NCBI GenBank assembly: GCA_964016885.1
Contig: OZ024740.1
Location: forward strand, 23,808,001-23,872,000
Length of the DNA stretch: 64,000 nt
Direction of reading: 5' to 3'
Origin: Eledone cirrhosa
Taxonomy: Eukaryota
Shown piece by piece: positions 14,001 through 27,200 of the stretch. Every line of letters starts with the position of its first letter. Within the stretch, counting starts at the first letter, position 1. A model generated the notes under the pieces. That model worked only from the letters and a program-made list of their open reading frames with translations. It ran no database searches and had not been told where the DNA came from. The translations under genes and the position numbers were made by a program.

Positions 14001-17000
14001 AGCTAGAGAAGGAAGCTGAGTCAAGCAACAGACCAACTGGTAGTTACAACAACATGGCTGACATATATAGCTTGTGTAGCTAGAGAAGGAAGCTGAGTCA
14101 ACCAACAGACCAACTGGTAGTTACAACAACATGGCTGACATATATAGCTTCTGTAGCTAGAGAAGGAAGCTAAGTCAACCAACAGACCTACTGGTAGTTA
14201 CAACAACATGGCTGACATATATAGCTTCTGTAGCTAGAGAAGGAAGCTGAGTCAAGCAACAGACCAACTGGTAGTTACAACAACATTGCTGACATATATA
14301 GCTTGTGTAGCTAGAAAAAGAAGCTGAGTCAACCAACAGACCTACTGGTAGTTACAACAGCATGGCTGACATATATACCTTGTGTAGCTAGAGAATGAAG
14401 CTGAGTCAACCAACAGACCAACTGGTAGTTACAACAACATGGCTGACATATATAGTTTATGTAGCTAGAGAAGGAAGTTGAGTCAACCAACAGACCAACT
14501 GGTAGTTACAACAACATGGCTGATATATATAGCTTGTGTAGCTTGAGAAGGAAGCTGAGTCAAACAACAGACCAACTGGTAGTTACAACAACATGGCTGA
14601 CATATATATCTTGTGTAGCTTGTGAAGGAAGCTGATTTAACCAACAGACCTACTGGTAGTTACAACAAAATGGCTGACATATATAGCTTGTGTAGCTAGA
14701 GAAGGAAGCTGACTCAACCAACAGACCAACTGGTATTTACAACAACATGGCTGACATATATAGCTTCTGTAGCTAGAGAAGGAAGCTGAGTCTACCAACA
14801 GACCAATTGGTAGTTACAAAAACATGGCTGACATTTATATCTTGTGTAGCTAGAGAAGGAAGCTGAGTCAACCAACAGACCAACTGGTAGTTACAACAAC
14901 ATGACTGACATTTATATCTTGTGTAGCTAGATAATGAAGCTGAGTCAGCCAACAGACCAACTGGTAGTTACAACAACATGGCTGACATTTATATCTTGTG
15001 TAGCTAGATAATGAAGCTGAGTCAGCCAACAGACCTACCAGTAGTTACAACAACATGGCTGACATATATAGCTCGTGTAGCTAGAGAAGGCAGCTGAGTC
15101 AACCAACAGACCAACTGGTAGTTACAACAACATGGCTGACATATATAGCTTGTGTAGCTAGAGAAGGAAGCTGAGTCAACCAACAGACAAACTGGTAGTT
15201 ACAACAACATGGCTGACGTATATAGTTTCTGTAGCTAGAGAAGGAAGCTAAGTCAACCAACAGACCTACTGGTAGTTACAACAACATGGCTGACATATAT
15301 AGCTTCTGTAGCTAGAGAAGGTAGCTGTGTCAAGCAATAGACCAACTGGTAGTTACAACAACATGGCTGACATATATAGCTTGTGTAGCTAGAGAAGGAA
15401 GCTGAGTCAACCAACAGACCAACTGGTAGTTACAACAACATGGCTGACATATATAGCTTCTGTAGCTAGAGAAGGCAGCTGAGTCAACCAACAGAACAAC
15501 TGGTAGTTACAACAACATGGCTGATATATATAGCTTGTGTAGCTAGAGAAGGAAGCTGAGTCAGTCACCAGACCAACTAGTAGTTACAACAACATGGCTG
15601 ATATATATATATCATGTGTAGCTAGAGAAGGAAGCTGAATCAACCAACAGACCAACTGGTAGTTACAACAATATGGCCGACATATATAGCTTATGTAGCT
15701 AGAGAAGGAAGCTGAGTCAACCAACAGACCAACTGGTAGTTACAACAACATGGCTGACATATATATCTTGTGTAGCTAGAGAAGGAAGCTGAGTCAACCA
15801 ACAGACCAACTGGTAGTAACAACAACATGGCTGACATTTATATCTTGAGTAGCTAGAGAATGAAGCTGAGTCAGCCAACAGACCTACTAGTAGTTACAAC
15901 AACATGGCTGACATATATAGCTTGTGTAGCTAGACAAGGAAGCTGAGTCAACCAACAGACCAACTGGTAGTTACAACAACATGGCTGACATATATAGCTT
16001 CTGTAGCTAGAGAAGGAAGCTAAGTCAACCAACAGACCAACTGGTAGTTACAACAACATGGCTGACATGTATAGCTTCTGTAGCTAGAGAAGGAAGCTGA
16101 GTCAAGCAACAGACCAACTGGTAGTTACAACAACATGGCTGACATATATATCTTGTGTAGTTAGAGAAGGAAGCTGAGTCAACCAACAGACCAATTGGTA
16201 GTTACAACAACATGGCTGACATTTATATCTTGTGTAGCTAGATAATGAAGCTGAGTCAGCCAACAGACCTACCAGTAGTTACAACAACATGGCTGACATA
16301 TATAGCTTGTGTAGCTAGACAAGGAAGCTGAGTCAACCAACAGACCAACTGGTAGTTACAACAACATGGCTGACGTATATAGTTTCTGTAGCTAGAGAAG
16401 GAAGCTAAGTCAACCAACAGACCTACTGGTAGTTACAACAACATGGCTGACATATATAGCTTCTGTAGCTAGAGAAGGAAGCTGAGTCAAGCAACAGACC
16501 AACTGGTAGTTACAACAACATGGCTGACATATATAGCTTGTGTAGCTAGAGAAGGCAGCTGAGTCAACCAACAGACCAACTGGTAGTTACAACAACATGG
16601 CTGACATATATAGCTTGTGTAGCTAGAGAAGGAAGCTGAGTCAACCAACAGACAAACTGGTAGTTACAACAACATGGCTGACGTATATAGTTTCTGTAGC
16701 TAGAGAAGGAAGCTAAGTCAACCAACAGACCTACTGGTAGTTACAACAACATGGCTGACATATATAGCTTCTGTAGCTAGAGAAGGTAGCTGTGTCAAGC
16801 AACAGACCAACTGGTAGTTACAACAACATGGCTGACATATATAGCTTGTGTAGCTAGAGAAGGAAGCTGAGTCAACCAACAGACCAACTGGTAGTTACAA
16901 CAACATGGCTGACATATATAGCTTCTGTAGCTAGAGAAGGCAGCTGAGTCAACCAACAGAACAACTGGTAGTTACAACAACATGGCTGATATATATAGCT

Positions 17001-18889
17001 TGTGTAGCTAGAGAAGGAAGCTGAGTCAGTCACCAGACCAACTAGTAGTTACAACAACATGGCTGATATATATATATCATGTGTAGCTAGAGAAGGAAGC
17101 TGAATCAACCAACAGACCAACTGGTAGTTACAACAATATGGCCGACATATATAGCTTATGTAGCTAGAGAAGGAAGCTGAGTCAACCAACAGACCAACTG
17201 GTAGTTACAACAACATGGCTGACATATATATCTTGTGTAGCTAGAGAAGGAAGCTGAGTCAACCAACAGACCAACTGGTAGTAACAACAACATGGCTGAC
17301 ATTTATATCTTGAGTAGCTAGAGAATGAAGCTGAGTCAGCCAACAGACCTACTAGTAGTTACAACAACATGGCTGACATATATAGCTTGTGTAGCTAGAC
17401 AAGGAAGCTGAGTCAACCAACAGACCAACTGGTAGTTACAACAACATGGCTGACATATATAGCTTCTGTAGCTAGAGAAGGAAGCTAAGTCAACCAACAG
17501 ACCAACTGGTAGTTACAACAACATGGCTGACATGTATAGCTTCTGTAGCTAGAGAAGGAAGCTGAGTCAAGCAACAGACCAACTGGTAGTTACAACAACA
17601 TGGCTGACATATATATCTTGTGTAGTTAGAGAAGGAAGCTGAGTCAACCAACAGAGCAATTGGTAGTTACAACAACATGGCTGACATTTATATCTTGTGT
17701 AGCTAGATAATGAAGCTGAGTCAGCCAACAGACCTACCAGTAGTTACAACAACATGGCTGACATATATAGCTTGTGTAGCTAGACAAGGAAGCTGAGTCA
17801 ACCAACAGACCAACTGGTAGTTACAACAACATGGCTGACGTATATAGTTTCTGTAGCTAGAGAAGGAAGCTAAGTCAACCAACAGACCTACTGGTAGTTA
17901 CAACAACATGGCTGACATATATAGCTTCTGTAGCTAGAGAAGGAAGCTGAGTCAAGCAACAGACCAACTGGTAGTTACAACAACATGGCTGACATATATA
18001 GCTTGTGTAGCTAGAGAAGGAAGCTGAGTCAACCAACAGACCAACTGGTAGTTACAACAACATGGCTGACATATATAGCTTCTGTAGCTAGAGAAGGAAG
18101 CTAAGTCAACCAACAGACCTACTGGTAGTTACAACAACATGGCTGACATATATAGCTTCTGTAGCTAGAGAAGGAAGCTGAGTCAAGCAACAGACCAACT
18201 GGTAGTTACAACAACATTGCTGACATATATAGCTTGTGTAGCTAGAAAAAGAAGCTGAGTCAACCAACAGACCTACTGGTAGTTACAACAGCATGGCTGA
18301 CATATATACCTTGTGTAGCTAGAGAATGAAGCTGAGTCAACCAACAGACCAACTGGTAGTTACAACAACATGGCTGACATATATAGTTTATGTAGCTAGA
18401 GAAGGAAGTTGAGTCAACCAACAGACCAACTGGTAGTTACAACAACATGGCTGATATATATAGCTTGTGTAGCTTGAGAAGGAAGCTGAGTCAAACAACA
18501 GACCAACTGGTAGTTACAACAACATGGCTGACATATATATCTTGTGTAGCTTGTGAAGGAAGCTGATTTAACCAACAGACCTACTGGTAGTTACAACAAA
18601 ATGGCTGACATATATAGCTTGTGTAGCTAGAGAAGGAAGCTGACTCAACCAACAGACCAACTGGTATTTACAACAACATGGCTGACATATATAGCTTCTG
18701 TAGCTAGAGAAGGAAGCTGAGTCTACCAACAGACCAATTGGTAGTTACAAAAACATGGCTGACATTTATATCTTGTGTAGCTAGAGAAGGAAGCTGAGTC
18801 AACCAACAGACCAACTGGTAGTTACAACAACATGACTGACATTTATATCTTGTGTAGCTAGATAATGAAGCTGAGTCAGCCAACAGACC
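11025..18889 (+). repeat. Tandem duplication of a 51-monomer unit (3931 bp), each copy containing a nested 19-monomer (1465 bp) duplication
   Basis: AAGCAATAG at 11401 and 15332, and CAGAGCAATT at 13721 and 17652 (offset 3931 = 51x77+4). TAGCTGTGTC at 11391 and 12856 (offset 1465 = 19x77+2). Confidence 0.9.
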
Positions 18890-21800
18890 TACTAGTAGTT
18901 ACAACAACATGGCTGACATATATAGCTTGTGTAGCTAGAGATGGAAGCTGAGTCAACCAACAGACCAACTGGTAGTTACAACAACATGGCTGACATTTAT
19001 ATCTTGTGTAGCTAGATAATGAAGCTGAGTCAGCCAACAGACCTACCAGTAGTTACAACAACATGGCTGACATATATAGCTCGTGTAGCTAGAGAAGGCA
19101 GCTGAGTCAACCAACAGACCAACTGGTAGTTACAACAACATGGCTAACATATATAGCTCGTGTAGCTAGAGAAGGCAGCTGAGTCAACCAACAGACCAAC
19201 TGGTAGTTACAACAACATGGCTGACATATATAGCTTGTGTAGCTAGAGAAGGAAGCTGAGTCAACCAACAGACAAACTGGTAGTTACAACAACATGGCTG
19301 ACGTATATAGTTTCTGTAGCTAGAGAAGGAAGCTAAGTCAACCAACAGACCTACTGGTAGTTACAACAACATGGCTGACATATATAGCTTCTGTAGCTAC
19401 AGAAGGAAGCTGAGTCAAGCAACAGACCAACTGGTAGTTACAACAACATGGCTGACATATATAGCTTGTGTAGCTAGAGAAGGAAGCTGAGTCAACCAAC
19501 AGACCAACTGGTAGTTACAACAACATGGCTGACATATATAGCTTCTGTAGCTAGAGAAGGAAGCTAAGTCAACCAACAGACCTACTGGTAGTTACAACAA
19601 CATGGCTGACATATATAGCTTCTGTAGCTAGAGAAGGAAGCTGAGTCAAGCAACAGACCAACTGGTAGTTACAACAACATGGCTGACATATATAGCTTGT
19701 GTAGCTAGAGAAGGAAGCTGAGTCAAGCAACAGACCAACTGGTAGTTACAACAACATGGCTGACATATATAGCTTGTGTAGCTAGAGAAGGAAGCTGAGT
19801 CAACCAACAGACCAACTGGTAGTTACAAGAACATGGCTGATATATATAGCTTGTGTACCTTGAGAAGGAAGCTGAGTCAACCAACAGACCAACTGGTAGT
19901 TACAACAACATGGCTGACATATATATCTTGTGTAGCTAGTGAAGGAAGCTGATTTAACCAACAGACCTACTGGTAGTTACAACAAAATGGCTGACATATA
20001 TAGCTTGTGTAGCTAGAGAAGGAAGCTGACTCAACCAACAGACCAACTGGTATTTACAACAACATGGCTGACATATATAGCTTCTGTAGCTAGAGAAGGA
20101 AGCTGAGTCTACCAACAGACCAATTGGTAGTTACAACAACATGGCTGACATTTATATCTTGTGTAGCTAGAGAAGGAAGCTGAGTCAACCAACAGACCAA
20201 CTGGTAGTTACAACAACATGGCTGACATTTATATCTTGTGTAGCTAGAGAATGAAGCTGAGTCAGCCAACAGACCAACTAGTAGTTACAACAACATGGCT
20301 GACATATATAGCTTGTGTAGCTAGGGAAGGCAGCTGAGTCAAACAACAGAACAACTGGTAGTTACAACAACATGGCTGATTTATATAGCTTGTGTAGCTA
20401 GACAAGGCAGCTGAGTCAACCAACAGAACAACTAGTAGTTACAACAACATGACTGACATATATAGCTTGTGTAGCTAGAGAAGGAAGCTGAGTCAGTCAA
20501 CAGATCAACTGGTAGTTACAACAACATGGCTGACATATATAGCTTGTGTAGCTAGAGAAGGAAGCTGAGTCAACCAACAGACCTACTGGTAGTTACAACA
20601 GCATGGCTGACATATATACCTTGTGTAGCTAGAGAATGAAGCTGAGTCAACCAACAGACCAACTGGTAGTTACAACAACATGGCTGACATATATAGTTTA
20701 TGTAGCTAGAGAAGGTGGTTGAGTCAACCAACAGACCAACTGGTAGTTACAACAACATGGCTGATATATATAGCTTGTGTAGCTTGAGAAGGAAGCTGAG
20801 TCAAGCAACAGACCAACTGGTAGTTACAACAACATGGCTGACATATATATCTTGTGTAGCTTGTGAAGGAAGCTGATTTAACCAACAGACCTACTGGTAG
20901 TTACAACAACATGGCTGACATGTATAGCTTCTGTAGCTAGAGAAGGAAGCTGAGTCAAGCAACAGACCAACTGGTAGTTACAACAACATGGCTGACATAT
21001 ATATCTTGTGTAGTTAGAGAAGGAAGCTGAGTCAACCAACAGAGCAATTGGTAGTTACAACAACATGGCTGACATTTATATCTTGTGTAGCTAGATAATG
21101 AAGCTGAGTCAGCCAACAGACCTACCAGTAGTTACAACAACATGGCTGACATATATAGCTTGTGTAGCTAGACAAGGAAGCTGAGTCAACCAACAGACCA
21201 ACTGGTAGTTACAACAACATGGCTGACGTATATAGTTTCTGTAGCTAGAGAAGGAAGCTAAGTCAACCAACAGACCTACTGGTAGTTACAACAACATGGC
21301 TGACATATATAGCTTCTGTAGCTAGAGAAGGAAGCTGAGTCAAGCAACAGACCAACTGGTAGTTACAACAACATGGCTGACATATATAGCTTGTGTAGCT
21401 AGAGAAGGAAGCTGAGTCAACCAACAGACCAACTGGTAGTTACAACAACATGGCTGACATATATAGCTTCTGTAGCTAGAGAAGGAAGCTAAGTCAACCA
21501 ACAGACCTACTGGTAGTTACAACAACATGGCTGACATATATAGCTTCTGTAGCTAGAGAAGGAAGCTGAGTCAAGCAACAGACCAACTGGTAGTTACAAC
21601 AACATTGCTGACATATATAGCTTGTGTAGCTAGAAAAAGAAGCTGAGTCAACCAACAGACCTACTGGTAGTTACAACAGCATGGCTGACATATATACCTT
21701 GTGTAGCTAGAGAATGAAGCTGAGTCAACCAACAGACCAACTGGTAGTTACAACAACATGGCTGACATATATAGTTTATGTAGCTAGAGAAGGAAGTTGA

Positions 21801-24296
21801 GTCAACCAACAGACCAACTGGTAGTTACAACAACATGGCTGATATATATAGCTTGTGTAGCTTGAGAAGGAAGCTGAGTCAAACAACAGACCAACTGGTA
21901 GTTACAACAACATGGCTGACATATATATCTTGTGTAGCTTGTGAAGGAAGCTGATTTAACCAACAGACCTACTGGTAGTTACAACAAAATGGCTGACATA
22001 TATAGCTTGTGTAGCTAGAGAAGGAAGCTGACTCAACCAACAGACCAACTGGTATTTACAACAACATGGCTGACATATATAGCTTCTGTAGCTAGAGAAG
22101 GAAGCTGAGTCTACCAACAGACCAATTGGTAGTTACAAAAACATGGCTGACATTTATATCTTGTGTAGCTAGAGAAGGAAGCTGAGTCAACCAACAGACC
22201 AACTGGTAGTTACAACAACATGACTGACATTTATATCTTGTGTAGCTAGATAATGAAGCTGAGTCAGCCAACAGACCTACTAGTAGTTACAACAACATGG
22301 CTGACATATATAGCTTGTGTAGCTAGAGATGGAAGCTGAGTCAACCAACAGACCAACTGGTAGTTACAACAACATGGCTGACATTTATATCTTGTGTAGC
22401 TAGATAATGAAGCTGAGTCAGCCAACAGACCTACCAGTAGTTACAACAACATGGCTGACATATATAGCTCGTGTAGCTAGAGAAGGCAGCTGAGTCAACC
22501 AACAGACCAACTGGTAGTTACAACAACATGGCTAACATATATAGCTCGTGTAGCTAGAGAAGGCAGCTGAGTCAACCAACAGACCAACTGGTAGTTACAA
22601 CAACATGGCTGACATATATAGCTTGTGTAGCTAGAGAAGGAAGCTGAGTCAACCAACAGACAAACTGGTAGTTACAACAACATGGCTGACGTATATAGTT
22701 TCTGTAGCTAGAGAAGGAAGCTAAGTCAACCAACAGACCTACTGGTAGTTACAACAACATGGCTGACATATATAGCTTCTGTAGCTACAGAAGGAAGCTG
22801 AGTCAAGCAACAGACCAACTGGTAGTTACAACAACATGGCTGACATATATAGCTTGTGTAGCTAGAGAAGGAAGCTGAGTCAACCAACAGACCAACTGGT
22901 AGTTACAACAACATGGCTGACATATATAGCTTCTGTAGCTAGAGAAGGAAGCTAAGTCAACCAACAGACCTACTGGTAGTTACAACAACATGGCTGACAT
23001 ATATAGCTTCTGTAGCTAGAGAAGGAAGCTGAGTCAAGCAACAGACCAACTGGTAGTTACAACAACATGGCTGACATATATAGCTTGTGTAGCTAGAGAA
23101 GGAAGCTGAGTCAAGCAACAGACCAACTGGTAGTTACAACAACATGGCTGACATATATAGCTTGTGTAGCTAGAGAAGGAAGCTGAGTCAACCAACAGAC
23201 CAACTGGTAGTTACAAGAACATGGCTGATATATATAGCTTGTGTACCTTGAGAAGGAAGCTGAGTCAACCAACAGACCAACTGGTAGTTACAACAACATG
23301 GCTGACATATATATCTTGTGTAGCTAGTGAAGGAAGCTGATTTAACCAACAGACCTACTGGTAGTTACAACAAAATGGCTGACATATATAGCTTGTGTAG
23401 CTAGAGAAGGAAGCTGACTCAACCAACAGACCAACTGGTATTTACAACAACATGGCTGACATATATAGCTTCTGTAGCTAGAGAAGGAAGCTGAGTCTAC
23501 CAACAGACCAATTGGTAGTTACAACAACATGGCTGACATTTATATCTTGTGTAGCTAGAGAAGGAAGCTGAGTCAACCAACAGACCAACTGGTAGTTACA
23601 ACAACATGGCTGACATTTATATCTTGTGTAGCTAGAGAATGAAGCTGAGTCAGCCAACAGACCAACTAGTAGTTACAACAACATGGCTGACATATATAGC
23701 TTGTGTAGCTAGGGAAGGCAGCTGAGTCAAACAACAGAACAACTGGTAGTTACAACAACATGGCTGATTTATATAGCTTGTGTAGCTAGACAAGGCAGCT
23801 GAGTCAACCAACAGAACAACTAGTAGTTACAACAACATGACTGACATATATAGCTTGTGTAGCTAGAGAAGGAAGCTGAGTCAGTCAACAGATCAACTGG
23901 TAGTTACAACAACATGGCTGACATATATAGCTTGTGTAGCTAGAGAAGGAAGCTGAGTCAACCAACAGACCTACTGGTAGTTACAACAGCATGGCTGACA
24001 TATATACCTTGTGTAGCTAGAGAATGAAGCTGAGTCAACCAACAGACCAACTGGTAGTTACAACAACATGGCTGACATATATAGTTTATGTAGCTAGAGA
24101 AGGTGGTTGAGTCAACCAACAGACCAACTGGTAGTTACAACAACATGGCTGATATATATAGCTTGTGTAGCTTGAGAAGGAAGCTGAGTCAAGCAACAGA
24201 CCAACTGGTAGTTACAACAACATGGCTGACATATATATCTTGTGTAGCTTGTGAAGGAAGCTGATTTAACCAACAGACCTACTGGTAGTTACAACA
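17505..24296 (+). repeat. Tandem duplication of a 44-monomer unit (3388 bp), overlapping the end of the 51-mer duplication
   Basis: CAGAGCAATT at 17652/21040, GCTAACAT at 19143/22531 and GAAGGTGGTT at 20711/24099. All offsets are 3388 = 44x77. Confidence 0.9.
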
Positions 24297-27200
24297 AAAT
24301 GGCTGACATATATAGCTTGTGTAGCTAGAGAAGGAAGCTGACTCAACCAACAGACCAACTGGTATTTACAACAACATGGCTGACATATATAGCTTCTGTA
24401 GCTAGAGAAGGAAGCTGAGTCTACCAACAGACCAATTGGTAGTTACAACAACATGGCTGACATTTATATCTTGTGTAGCTAGAGAAGGAAGCTGAGTCAA
24501 CCAACAGACCAACTGGTAGTTACAACAACATGCCTGACATTTATATCTTGTGTAGCTAGATAATGAAGCTGAGTCAGCCAACAGACCTACTAGTAGTTAC
24601 AACAACATGTCTGACATATATAGCTTGTGTAGCTAGAGATGGAGGCTGAGTCAACCAACAGACCAACTGGTAGTTACAACAACATGGCTGACATTTATAT
24701 CTTGTGTAGCTAGATAATGAAGCTGAGTCAGCCAACAGACCTACCAGTAGTTACAACATCATGGCTGACATATATAGCTCGTGTAGCTAGAGAAGGCAGC
24801 TGAATCAACCAACAGACCAACTGGTAGTTACAACAACATGGCTGACATATATATCTTGTGTAGCTAGAGAAGGAAGCTGAGTCAACCAACAGACAAACTG
24901 GTAGTTACAACAACATGGCTGACATATATAGTTTCTGTAGCTAGAGAAGGAAGCTAAGTCAACCAACAGACCTACTGGTAGTTACAACAACATGGCTGAC
25001 ATATATAGCTTCTGTAGCTAGAGAAGGAAGTTGAGTCAACCAACAGACCAACTGGTAGTTACAACAACATGGCTGACATATATATCTTGTGTAGCTAGAG
25101 AAGGAAGCTGAGTCAGTCACCAGACCAACTAGTAGTTACAACAACATGGCTGACATATTTATATCATGTGTAGCTAGAGAAGGAAGCTGAATCAACCAAC
25201 ATACCAACTGGTAGTTACAACAATATGGCTGACATATATAGCTTATGTAGCTAGAGAAGGAAGCTGAGTCAACCAACAGACCAACTGGTAGTTACAACAA
25301 CATGGCTGACATACATATCTTGTGTAGCTAGAGAAGGAAGCTGAGTCAACCAACAGACCAACTGGTAGTAACAACAACATGGCTGGCATTTATATCTTGA
25401 GTAGCTAGAGAATGAAGCTGAGTCAGCCAACAGACCTACTAGTAGTTACAACAACATGGCTGACATATATAGCTTGTGTAGCTAGACAAGGAAGCTGAGT
25501 CAACCAACAGACCAACTGATAGTTACAACAACATGGCTGACATATATAGCTTCTGTAGCTAGAGAAGTAAGCTAAGACAACCAACAGACCAACTGGTAGT
25601 TACAACAACATGGCTGACATGTATAGCTTCTGTAGCTAGAGAAGGAAGCTGAGTCAAGCAACAGACCAACTGGTAGTTACAACAACATGGCTGACATATA
25701 TATCTTGTGTAGTTAGAGAAGGAAGCTGAGTCAACCAACAGACCAACTGGTAGTAACAACAACATGGCTGACATTTATATCTTGAGTAGCTAGAGAATGA
25801 AGCTGAGTCAGCCAACAGACCTACTAGTAGTTACAACAACATGGCTGACATATATAGCTTGTGTAGCTAGAGAAGGAAGCTGAGTCAACCAACGGACCAA
25901 CTGGTAGTTACAACAACATGGCTGATATATATAGCTTGTGTAGCTTGAGAAGGAAGCTGAGTTAAACAACAGACCAACTGGTAGTTACAACAACATGGCT
26001 GACATATATATGTTGTGTAGCTTGTGAAGGAAGCTGATTTAACCAACAGACCTACTGGTAGTTACAACAAAATGGCTGACATATATAGCTTGTGTAGATA
26101 GAGAAGGAAGCTGACTCAACCAACAGACCAACTGGTATTTACAACAACATGGCTGACATTTATATCTTGTGTAGCTAGAGAAGGAAGCTGAGTCAACCAA
26201 CAGACCAACTGGTAGTTACAACAACATGGCTGACATTTATATCTTGTGTAGCTAGATAATGAAGCTGAGTCAGCCAACGGACCTACTAGTAGTTACAACA
26301 ACATGGCTGACATATATAGCTTGTGTAGCTACAGAAGGCAGCTGGGTCAACCAACAGACCAACTGGTAGTTACAACAACATGGCTGTCATATATATCTTG
26401 TGTAGCTAGAGAAAGAAGCTGAGTCAACCAACAGACCAACTGGTAGTTACAACAACATGGCTGACAATTATATCTTGTGTAGCTAGAGAATGAAGCTGAG
26501 TCAGCCAACAGACCTACTAGCAGTTACAACAACATGGCAGACATATATAGCTTGCGTAGCTAGAGAAGGCAGCTGAGTCAACCAACATAACAACTGGTAG
26601 TTACAACAACATGGCTGATATATATAGCTTGTGTAGCTAGAGAAGGAAGCTGAGTCAGTCAACAGACCATCTGGTATTTGCAACAACTTGGCTGACATAT
26701 ATAGCTTGTGTAGCTAGAGAAGGAAGCTGAGTCAACCAACAGACCAACTGGTAGTTACAACAACATGGCTGACATTTATATCTTGAGTAGCTAGAGAATG
26801 AAGCTGAGTCAGCCAACAGACCTACTACTAGTTACAACAACATGGCTGACATATATATCTTGTGTAGCTAGACAAGGAAGCTGAGTCAACCAACAGACCA
26901 ACTGGAAGTTACAACAACATGGCTGACATATATAGCTTGTGTAGCTAGAGAAGGAAGCTAAGTCAACCAACAGACCAACTGGTAGTTACAACATCATGGC
27001 TGACATGTATAGCTTCTGTAGCTAGAGAAGGAAGCTGAGTCAAGCAACAGACCAACTGGTAGTTACAACAACATGGCTGACATTTATATCTTGTGTAGCT
27101 AGATAATGAAGCTGAGTCAGCCAACAGACCTACTAGTAGTTACAACAACATGGCTGACATATATAGCTTGTGTAGCTAGAGAAGGAAGCTGAGTCAACCA

